NCBI RefSeq assembly: GCF_001997385.1
Contig: NZ_CP019633.1
Location: 1,890,001-1,922,000, forward strand
Length of the DNA stretch: 32,000 bases
Origin: Sedimentisphaera cyanobacteriorum
GTDB taxonomy: Bacteria; Planctomycetota; Phycisphaerae; Sedimentisphaerales; Sedimentisphaeraceae
Direction of reading: 5' to 3'
A program made the position numbers and the translations under genes. Shown here in pieces: positions 15,337 through 22,384 of the stretch (position 1 is its first letter; the number at the start of each line of letters is the position of its first letter). A model generated the notes under the pieces. It did not search any database, had not been told where the DNA came from, and saw only the letters and a list, made by a program, of their open reading frames with translations.

Positions 15337-17181
15337 ATGAAAAAATGCGTTTTAATGATCCTGCTGGCCGCAGCGGCCGTATCTTTTGCAGAATGGAAAC
15401 CTGCGGGCGATAAGATTAAAACCAGATGGGCAGACAAAATAAACCCTGAAACTGTCTGGGATGAATATCCGAGGCCTCAATTCGAAAGAAGCAGCTGGAA
15501 ATCCCTCAACGGGCTTTGGGAGCTCAGAGTTGCGGGAAGCTCATCTGAAAAGCCCAATTATTTCGACAAAGAAATTCTCGTGCCATTCGGTGTTGAATCA
15601 TCACTGTCAGGCGTTGGAGAGCTCGTTGAACCGGACGACAAGATCTGGTATCACAGGACTTTTGAATGCCCAAATGATTTCAGCGGCAAGAAAGTTCTGC
15701 TGAACTTTGAAGCGGTGGACTGGAAAACAGCGGTATGGGTAAACGATTCGTACTTAGGCGGACACAAAGGCGGCTACGACCGCTTCACCTTCGATATCAC
15801 CGACTATCTCAAATCAGAAGGCCAGCAGAGCATTACAGTTATGGTAACCGATCCATCCAGCTACGGCTCACAGGCCAGGGGCAAGCAGAAGAATTCCCAG
15901 CACGGGATATGGTACACCCCTGTATCAGGTATCTGGCAGACAGTATGGCTTGAAGCGGTGGATAAGAAGGCGCATCTGGCCGATGTTGAAATCACTCCCG
16001 ATATCGACAGCAGCAGCGTTACCGTAATTCCGATTATGGACAGTCCTGAGCTGGGCAATTATTCCGTTCGCTGCAGCGTTTACGAGAGCGGGAGCCGAAT
16101 TGCTCAGAAAACCGTCAATGTGTACAAGCCTCTGGAAATAAAGATAGACAATCAGAAGCTATGGTCTCCGGACAACCCCTTCCTCTACGACTTAAAACTC
16201 GAGCTTTATGAAGGGAAAAACCCCGGCTCAGGCAAGCTTCTCGACACTGTAAAGAGCTATTTTGGTATGCGTAAGATCAGCCTTGGACAAGGCGAGCATA
16301 CCAAGGTGCTTATGCTCAACAACAAGCCGCTCTTCCATTACGGCACTCTCGACCAAGGATGGTGGCCGGACGGACTGCATACGCCGCCGTCTGATGAGGC
16401 GATGAAGTATGACATTGAAATGACCAAGAAGATGGGCTTCAATATGATCCGCAAGCACATCAAGATCGAGCCGGACAGATGGTTCTATTGGTGCGACAAG
16501 ATGGGGATTATGGTATGGCAGGATATGCCTTCTGGTATGATTGTCCCGAATCCTGAGAAAAGGGGAAGCCCTGAACACGTGGGCGGAAATGAGCCCGACC
16601 AGTACAAAAACTCCGAAGACGAAGCTCAGTTTGAGCTGGAGCTCAGGAAGATGATAAGCCAGCACTACAACAGCCCGAGTGTTGTGGTTTGGGTGCCGTT
16701 TAACGAAGGCTGGGGACAGTATGACACTTGCAGAATCAGCCGGATGGTGAAAGATCTAGACCCGACAAGGCTCGTTGATGCTGTGAGCGGATGGGCTCTG
16801 AGAGACTGCGGCGATATTCTCGATATTCACACATACCACAAAGACCTCCGCAAGCCCGATATCAACGAAAAAGACAGGGCAACCGCTGTTGGAGAATTCG
16901 GCGGGATCGGATATGCAATCAAAGGATACCTCTGGGACCCGAACAGAAGGAACTGGGGATATCAGTCTTACGATTCAAAGCAAGAGCTCTTCCAGAACTA
17001 CAAGCATAAATTCGATCAGATCGTGGAGATGAAGAAAAGCCAAGACCTCTCTGCTGCTGTTTACACGCAGACAACAGACGTTGAAGGCGAGGTTAACGGA
17101 CTTATGACGTATGACAGGGATGTGGTTAAATTTGACGAGGCCAAGCTTCGCAAACTGCACTCTGTGCTCTACGAAGAATAA
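15337..17181 (+). CDS. Glycoside hydrolase family 2 protein (beta-galactosidase / beta-glucuronidase-like), secreted
   Basis: Trimmed to ATG 15337, giving the signal peptide MKKCVLMILLAAAAVSFA. It has a GH2 sugar-binding region (LNFEAVDWKTAVWVNDSYLGGHKGGYDRFTFDITDYL) and a TIM-barrel with FNMIRKH and VVVWVPFNEGWGQ (acid/base NE). Confidence 0.8.
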   Translation: MKKCVLMILLAAAAVSFAEWKPAGDKIKTRWADKINPETVWDEYPRPQFERSSWKSLNGLWELRVAGSSSEKPNYFDKEILVPFGVESSLSGVGELVEPDDKIWYHRTFECPNDFSGKKVLLNFEAVDWKTAVWVNDSYLGGHKGGYDRFTFDITDYLKSEGQQSITVMVTDPSSYGSQARGKQKNSQHGIWYTPVSGIWQTVWLEAVDKKAHLADVEITPDIDSSSVTVIPIMDSPELGNYSVRCSVYESGSRIAQKTVNVYKPLEIKIDNQKLWSPDNPFLYDLKLELYEGKNPGSGKLLDTVKSYFGMRKISLGQGEHTKVLMLNNKPLFHYGTLDQGWWPDGLHTPPSDEAMKYDIEMTKKMGFNMIRKHIKIEPDRWFYWCDKMGIMVWQDMPSGMIVPNPEKRGSPEHVGGNEPDQYKNSEDEAQFELELRKMISQHYNSPSVVVWVPFNEGWGQYDTCRISRMVKDLDPTRLVDAVSGWALRDCGDILDIHTYHKDLRKPDINEKDRATAVGEFGGIGYAIKGYLWDPNRRNWGYQSYDSKQELFQNYKHKFDQIVEMKKSQDLSAAVYTQTTDVEGEVNGLMTYDRDVVKFDEAKLRKLHSVLYEE

Positions 17182-17212
17182 AATAGGACGTAAATGCTTT
17201 CATTGTGATCTC

Positions 17213-17250
17213 GGGGGGTGGTTTCTCCGGACGCCTCCCGTATTTTTTTT
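17213..17250 (+). terminator. Rho-independent terminator of the GH2 gene
   Basis: GGGGGGTG (17213-17220) pairs with CGCCTCCC (17232-17239), including two G:U pairs. T8 follows at 17243-17250. Confidence 0.7.
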
Positions 17251-17398
17251 GCGCAAAATTATGGACACAGCCTTTCTTTCAAACAGCAGCTGGGCGAGCC
17301 TATGTTCGGGCATTTGCGAATCTCCCGGAAAGTTTTAGCACCAAAGAGGAGCCTGAGCTGATTTTTCAGCAGTGCGAATGTCCTCCGGATGTAAATTC

Positions 17399-17427
17399 TT
17401 GCGGTAAACCTGCAAAGCAATTATAAT
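17399..17427 (+). promoter_or_regulatory. Near-consensus sigma70 promoter for tRNA-Thr
   Basis: TTGCGG (17399-17404), a 17-nt spacer, then TATAAT (17422-17427). The -10 element ends 10 nt before the mature tRNA 5' end. Confidence 0.6.
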
Positions 17428-17437
17428 TCTCCACGCC

Positions 17438-17510
17438 GCCAATGTAGCTCAGTCGGCAGAGCACTGCTTTCGTAAAGCAGGGGTCGTGAGTTCGAGTCTC
17501 ACCATTGGCA
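17438..17510 (+). tRNA. tRNA-Thr (anticodon CGT)
   Basis: I folded the cloverleaf manually. The parts are: acceptor GCCAATG/CATTGGC, D arm GCTC-AGTCGGCA-GAGC, anticodon arm CTGCT-TTCGTAA-AGCAG (anticodon CGT), variable loop GGGTC, T arm GTGAG-TTCGAGT-CTCAC, and discriminator A. CCA is not encoded. Confidence 0.93.
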
Positions 17511-17562
17511 TTTTACACATCATTTTCAGCTTGCAGGGCGAGTTTTTTAATTGAACACTGAT

Positions 17563-17591
17563 ATTGCTTTTTTTCCGCTGTTGGTTTATAT
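17563..17591 (+). promoter_or_regulatory. Candidate promoter for the ATPase / TOPRIM-like pair
   Basis: TTGCTT (17563-17568), a 17-nt spacer, then TATATT (17586-17591). It lies ~45 nt upstream of ATG 17637, which has a GGAAGGGA ribosome-binding site. Confidence 0.3.
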
Positions 17592-17636
17592 TTACCTCGC
17601 TGCTGAAATCCGGAATGTGTCTCGGAAGGGAATATT

Positions 17637-18788
17637 ATGCAGATAAAAAGCTTTTCATATTCAGATACCATTAACAAATGGGAGCTTGCAGAGTCTAATT
17701 TCAACGATCTGAACCTGCTTGTGGGCATATCAGGCGTTGGGAAAACGCAGATCCTAAACTCGCTTCGTGTGGTGTCTCGGATTGCTGCTGGAGAAACCTA
17801 CAACGGCATAAGCTTTTCGCTGGTATTCCAAACCTCCCGTAAAGATGAATACCGCTGGGAAGCCAGCTTTGAAATGCTCGAACACATTGCCGAACAGAGC
17901 ATTTCTCTGCCCGATTTTGTGAGCCAGGGGGCGGAAAAGCCGAAGATAGAGCATGAATTCCTCAGCCTGAACGGCAAAACTATTCTGGAAAGAGATGCCG
18001 AATCGATAATCTTAAGCGGGGCAAAAACCCCAAAGCTCGATGCAAGCCAGAGCGCACTCAGCCTCCTGAAATTCGAAGACCTCATAGCCCCTGCCAGCAG
18101 GGAGATGAATAAAATCGTAAGCAGTTCAATGGCCTACAACGAGGCTCCCGAGATGTCTATGCTGAACCTCAGCGAATTCGAGCTTGCAGTCTCGAGGCTT
18201 GATTCACTGAAGAAAATCCGCGAGAGCGAGCTTTCAATCGGCATTAAGCTGAGCCTTATATTCTCCAACTGCTTCGATACCTTCGAAGAGATACGCGATG
18301 AATTTATCGATGTATTCCCGCAGGTAGAGGATGTAGTGGTAAACAGCAACGAGCAGTTCATCAACGGGCGGTTTGTGGTATGTCCCACAGTGCTTGTAAA
18401 GGAGAAGGGAGTTCCCGGATGGGTGAATCAGAAGCGACTCTCAGCGGGTATGCACAAGACATTCTACCAGATCACCCAGTCACATTTGTGGCCTGAAGGG
18501 TCTGTGATTCTAATCGACGAATTCGAAAACAGCCTCGGGATAAACTGCATCAACATCCTTACAGACATAATTCTCGGCCAGTCAAGAAGGCTTCAGTTTA
18601 TCATAACCAGCCATCACCCGTACATAATAAACAACATCGACCAGCGTTTCTGGCGTGTAGTAGTCCGCAATAAGGGCATGGTACGGATAAAAGATGCCGA
18701 AAGCCTCGGGCTCGGCAAATCCAACCATGAGGCGTTTATACAGCTGATCAACAATCAGGATTACATCGACGGAATAAGCTCGCAATGA
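17637..18788 (+). CDS. ABC-type (AAA_15/AAA_21-like, SMC/OLD-family) ATPase, 383 aa
   Basis: The motifs seen are: Walker A LLVGISGVGKTQ, signature-like LSAGMHKTF, Walker B plus D-loop VILIDEFENSLG, and H-loop FIITSHHP. The N-terminus MQIKSFSYSD...WELAESNF..LNLLVG is typical of OLD/AbiL/PARIS-type ATPases. The stop overlaps the next start (ATGA). Confidence 0.8.
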   Translation: MQIKSFSYSDTINKWELAESNFNDLNLLVGISGVGKTQILNSLRVVSRIAAGETYNGISFSLVFQTSRKDEYRWEASFEMLEHIAEQSISLPDFVSQGAEKPKIEHEFLSLNGKTILERDAESIILSGAKTPKLDASQSALSLLKFEDLIAPASREMNKIVSSSMAYNEAPEMSMLNLSEFELAVSRLDSLKKIRESELSIGIKLSLIFSNCFDTFEEIRDEFIDVFPQVEDVVVNSNEQFINGRFVVCPTVLVKEKGVPGWVNQKRLSAGMHKTFYQITQSHLWPEGSVILIDEFENSLGINCINILTDIILGQSRRLQFIITSHHPYIINNIDQRFWRVVVRNKGMVRIKDAESLGLGKSNHEAFIQLINNQDYIDGISSQ

Positions 18789-19498
18789 ATCTTTACATAT
18801 TAGTAGAAGGTAAATGTACGGAGTTTAAGCTCTATCCGGCATGGCTTTCGGTGCTGCTGCCGAAATTTGAGCGGGTTTACAGCTTCGATGAAGTCGAGCA
18901 GAACAATTACTACATTGTCAGCGGCTACGGCATCCCTTCGCTGATAAAGAATCACCTGCCCAATGCTATTCTGGATGTGGCAAAATTAAAAGAAAAATAC
19001 GATTACCTTGTAGTAGTTGTGGATGCTGAGGAGCTCAGCGTAGAGCAGAGAAAGAGCGAGGTTGCAGAGGTTCAAAGGCGCTACAAGCAGCAGCTCGGCG
19101 ATGTGAAGGTGCAGGTAGTGGTGCAGAACAGGTGCATTGAAACGTGGCTCTTGGGCAATCGTGAGATGATTCCGCCCTCGCCAAAGCGGGAAAAGCTCAA
19201 AAGATACATAGACTACTACGACATCAACTTCAACAACCCTGAAAATATGCCCAATTACGTTGACGATACTGATGCCCGCGAGGAAGGCCCGCATTTTTCT
19301 ACTACCGCAAGATTCCACACCGACTACCTTCAGGAGGTATTCAAGGAGCAGAATATGGTTTATACCAAACGCAACCCGAGATACGCCTCCAATGAGCAGT
19401 TTTTGAAAGGGCTTATGCGTCGGGTAATGTACGACCCTGCCGATTTAGTTACATTTCAGGAATTTTTAAGCTTCTGCGAGACTGTATCAGAGAATTGA
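18785..19498 (+). CDS. Small TOPRIM-like protein (DUF4276 / RloB-like), 237 aa
   Basis: The N-terminus MNLYILVEGKCTE carries the TOPRIM-type hhhhEG..E motif. An acidic strand YLVVVVDAEE follows, then CIETWLLGN, an E-x-W-L-L motif I associate with the DUF4276/RloB families. The gene is translationally coupled to the ATPase. The family assignment comes from my recollection of motifs, not from an HMM search. Confidence 0.55.
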   Translation: MNLYILVEGKCTEFKLYPAWLSVLLPKFERVYSFDEVEQNNYYIVSGYGIPSLIKNHLPNAILDVAKLKEKYDYLVVVVDAEELSVEQRKSEVAEVQRRYKQQLGDVKVQVVVQNRCIETWLLGNREMIPPSPKREKLKRYIDYYDINFNNPENMPNYVDDTDAREEGPHFSTTARFHTDYLQEVFKEQNMVYTKRNPRYASNEQFLKGLMRRVMYDPADLVTFQEFLSFCETVSEN

Positions 19499-19622
19499 TC
19501 TATTTGAAGGCAGGGGTTAGTCTGGTTTTTCGATATGAAAATCCTCCTTGGCTGCCTGCCCTGCTTGCCAAAACTTTTTCATTAAATATAATCCCTTAAA
19601 CTATTTGCTAACAGGAATAAAT

Positions 19623-20363
19623 GTGTCAGATAAACTGCTTGAAACAAGAGGACTGGTGAAAAAATTCTCCGGCAGAGCCGTGGTAAACCACGTATCGCTT
19701 TCTGTAAGGAAGAAAGAGATAGTAGGCCTGCTGGGCAGGAACGGCGCCGGGAAAACTACATCATTCAGGATGTGCATCGGTATGATAATACCGGATGAAG
19801 GGCAGGTATTTTTCGACGGCCATCAGGTCGGCCGGATGCCTATGTACAAGCGTGCGCGCAAGGGGATGGGGTATTTATCTCAAGAACCGAGCGTATTCCA
19901 GAGGCTCTCGGTACGTGATAATCTGCTCGCAATACTCGAGACCCTCAAAATCACAAAAGCCCAGCGGATTCTCAAGGCAGAAGAGCTCTGCGAAACCTTC
20001 GGGCTAACCGAGGTTTACCATTCTCAGGCAAGGCTTCTCTCCGGCGGTGAAAGACGCAAGCTCGAAATAGCAAGGGCAATGGCCACAAATCCGTCTCTGA
20101 TATTTCTCGATGAGCCTTTCAGCGGAGTAGATCCGATAGCGGTCGAAGAGCTGCAAAGGGAGATTGAAAACCTCCATAATTCCGGCGTCAGCATACTTAT
20201 CACAGACCATAACGTTGAAAGGACGCTGGAGATTGTAGATAAGGCGTATATTATGGATCACGGAAGCGTGATTGCCTCAGGCCGGCCTTCAGAGATTATT
20301 AAGGATGAGCTTGTTAGAAAGAGCTATCTGGGCAAGACTTTCAAAGGCGATGAGTTTGATTAA
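19623..20363 (+). CDS. lptB: LPS export ABC transporter ATP-binding protein
   Basis: The start is GTG at 19623, with AGGA 7 nt upstream. This gives 246 aa beginning (M)SDKLLETRGLVKKFSGRAVVNHVSLSVRKKEIVGLLGRNGAGKTTSF...YLSQEPSVFQRLSVRDNL...LSGGERRKLEIARA...IFLDEPFSGVDP. The track's upstream extension from 19548 was rejected. Confidence 0.88.
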   Translation: MSDKLLETRGLVKKFSGRAVVNHVSLSVRKKEIVGLLGRNGAGKTTSFRMCIGMIIPDEGQVFFDGHQVGRMPMYKRARKGMGYLSQEPSVFQRLSVRDNLLAILETLKITKAQRILKAEELCETFGLTEVYHSQARLLSGGERRKLEIARAMATNPSLIFLDEPFSGVDPIAVEELQREIENLHNSGVSILITDHNVERTLEIVDKAYIMDHGSVIASGRPSEIIKDELVRKSYLGKTFKGDEFD

Positions 20364-20385
20364 TCCCTATACTGCGGAAAACTAT

Positions 20386-20685
20386 ATGACTGAAAAATTT
20401 GAGACAGTTGAACCGATCGGCAGGAGAGTGCTGATCAGGAAAGATGAAGATAAAAAACAGACAAAAGGCGGGATTCAGCTTCCGGACAATATGGAGATAC
20501 CGAACATAACCGGACGGATTGTTGAAGTGTCAGCGGAAGTTGCTAATCTGCCTGAAGTGCCGCTGAGCCAGTACGATAAAGTGCTTTTTAATCCCAAGGG
20601 CGCAATACCCGTGGATTTTGAGGGCGATAACAGGCTTTTTGTGGTGGATGTGGAGAATATCGTTGCTGTATTCAGGAAGTCCTGA
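20386..20685 (+). CDS. GroES (Cpn10)-family protein, divergent, with no adjacent groEL
   Basis: Trimmed to ATG 20386. The sequence MTEKFETVEPIGRRVLIRKDEDKKQTKGGIQLPDNMEIPNITGRIVEVS...YDKVLFNPKGAIPVDFEGDNRLFVVDVENIVAVF follows the GroES pattern (PLGDRVLV..E...KT.GGI.LP......G.VVAVG...GD.VLF......V......L....DILAV). Confidence 0.7.
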   Translation: MTEKFETVEPIGRRVLIRKDEDKKQTKGGIQLPDNMEIPNITGRIVEVSAEVANLPEVPLSQYDKVLFNPKGAIPVDFEGDNRLFVVDVENIVAVFRKS

Positions 20686-20701
20686 GCAGTATTTGGAAGT
20701 T

Positions 20702-20790
20702 TTCAAGGCCGGTTGTTCAGGGTAAAACCTCTATTTTATCGCTTCGCAGACCGGAAATGGAAGATACGCCGCCTTGAAGATTGTTTTTTT
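20702..20790 (+). terminator. Possible structured terminator after the GroES-like gene
   Basis: TTCAAGGC (20702-20709) pairs with GCCTTGAA (20771-20778) across a 61-nt interior. An inner CGGT/ACCG pairing is possible. T7 at 20784-20790 follows. Confidence 0.35.
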
Positions 20791-20884
20791 GTTGACGAAA
20801 AGGTAATTTTATAAGATACTCTTAGGCTGTATTTTCAGTTTATAATGTATCGAAACATAATGCGGATATTCAAGGAGAATTGGT

Positions 20885-22300
20885 ATGCCGGCAGGTAAAC
20901 AGAGTCAGGGAAGTGCCACGACCATAGCATTGGTCGTATTTGTGGTTCTTTTTCTGCTCTCAACAGTTGCAGCAGTGTTTTTCTATGTCAAGTGGGACGA
21001 GAAAACAACTATAGCTGAACGAGAGGTTGCAAACAGAAGAGAAGCTGCTACAGATCAGCAGGTAAGCGAGTTTGAATCGCTGGTAGGCGAGAAAACAGCC
21101 CAGAGCTATTTGGGAACTGTAATAGAAAGATTTGATGAAGTCTATCAAGAGATAACAGGAAGCTCAAGAGATAAAAACATCCAGTCTGCAGCAGAGAATA
21201 TCTCGCTGGAAGTAAAGGCTTTGAGGAACAGATTCCCGAATATGTTTTCTCAGGATGCGGGGCTTCTGCCAATAGCTGGAACTCTTGCGGGCGAGTACGT
21301 GCGTTCTGCTCAGACAGTAAGCTCGCTTCAGGACAAGATTGCCCAGATGGAAGAAGACTGGCAGAGAGATGTTGAAGGATTTAAGGTTGCCGAAGAAAAG
21401 CTTATCGAACAGAAGCAAAAGCTTATCGAACAGGCAGACCAGATTCAGGCCAAGTTCGACCAGATGAAATCTGAAGCACAGCAGAATGCTCAGGAAAATA
21501 TAGATGCACTTCAGGAAAAGCTTGCTGAGAAAAACAGCCAGCTTGAAGATGTGAAAAATGAGCTTGCAGACCTTCAGGCATCATTCAAAGAGCAGAAGCA
21601 GTATCGCGAGAAGCTCGAAAAGCAGCTCGAACAGATCAAGCCAAGCCCTGATATGGATGTTGCAGCATACAAACCTGACGGCAGAATCGTTTCGGTTAAT
21701 GCTCAGCAGGGAATTGTTTATTTAGACCTCGGAAGCGATGCAAATATCTACCGCGGGCTTACTTTCGCAGTTTACGACAGGGCAAACCCCGTGCCTAAAG
21801 ACGGCAAGGGCAAAGCGGAGATCAAGATTTATGATGTTCGCTCGAAGGTTTCTGTGGCTAAGATTATCTCTCAGGAACAGAACAACCCTGTCCTGCCGGA
21901 GGATATAATAGTTAATCTTATCTGGGATGAGGAAAAGCCGAATACATTCTATGTAGCGGGCAATTTCGATCTCGACGGCAACGGCACAATCGACGAATAC
22001 GGCGGAGATAAAGTTCGCCACCTCATAAAGCAGTGGGGCGGAATTGTGGCTGATAAGATAGACATCAACACTGATTTTGTAGTAGCTGGGCAGCCTCCGG
22101 AGGTTTACCAGCAGCCGCAGGAGAATGAGCTTGATGCTGATCTCGCCGAGCAGAAGTATCAGGAATCGCTTGATAAATACGAAACTTACAACTCTGCTAT
22201 CGAAAGGGCTCAGTCGCTTTCAATACCGGTATTCAATACCGAACGCTTCAAGAGCCTTATCGGCTATAATCAGGAAATCAAAAACAATATGACCAAATAG
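20885..22300 (+). CDS. Membrane-anchored coiled-coil protein with a C-terminal BRCT-like domain, function unknown
   Basis: It has an AGGAG ribosome-binding site. It has one N-terminal TM helix (TTIALVVFVVLFLLSTVAAVFFYV) and a long E/K/Q-rich coiled-coil of about 200 aa. A beta-rich middle domain follows. The C-terminus TFYVAGNF...GGDKVRHLIKQWGGIVADKIDINTDFVVAGQPP resembles BRCT (TFV.TG...GGKV...TDYLVAG). Confidence 0.6.
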   Translation: MPAGKQSQGSATTIALVVFVVLFLLSTVAAVFFYVKWDEKTTIAEREVANRREAATDQQVSEFESLVGEKTAQSYLGTVIERFDEVYQEITGSSRDKNIQSAAENISLEVKALRNRFPNMFSQDAGLLPIAGTLAGEYVRSAQTVSSLQDKIAQMEEDWQRDVEGFKVAEEKLIEQKQKLIEQADQIQAKFDQMKSEAQQNAQENIDALQEKLAEKNSQLEDVKNELADLQASFKEQKQYREKLEKQLEQIKPSPDMDVAAYKPDGRIVSVNAQQGIVYLDLGSDANIYRGLTFAVYDRANPVPKDGKGKAEIKIYDVRSKVSVAKIISQEQNNPVLPEDIIVNLIWDEEKPNTFYVAGNFDLDGNGTIDEYGGDKVRHLIKQWGGIVADKIDINTDFVVAGQPPEVYQQPQENELDADLAEQKYQESLDKYETYNSAIERAQSLSIPVFNTERFKSLIGYNQEIKNNMTK

Positions 22301-22322
22301 ATTGTTTCAGAAATGAATTTTT

Positions 22323-22356
22323 AGGCCGGTTGTTTTTCTGCTTCCGGCCTTTTTTT
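22323..22356 (+). terminator. Rho-independent terminator
   Basis: AGGCCGG (22323-22329) pairs with CCGGCCT (22344-22350) around a 14-nt loop. A T-run follows through 22356. Confidence 0.75.
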
Positions 22357-22384
22357 ATTCAGTCTCCCGAGGGCTGGAGATAAT

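Noticed and set aside
17513-17728. 71-aa minus-strand ORF between the tRNA and the ATPase gene, considered as a third component of the candidate defence module
   Set aside because: It overlaps the ATPase start codon and ribosome-binding site and nearly abuts the tRNA 3' end. It has no recognisable motifs or ribosome-binding site.
17477-19523. Direct repeat of the tRNA-Thr 3' part as an att site bounding the ATPase/TOPRIM-like pair. GCAGGGGT occurs at 17477-17484 and 19510-19517, and AGTCT follows each copy.
   Set aside because: Only 8+5 nt match and the rest of the tRNA 3' half is absent. A match this short could be chance. No integrase is present. The tRNA adjacency is used only as weak context in the finding.
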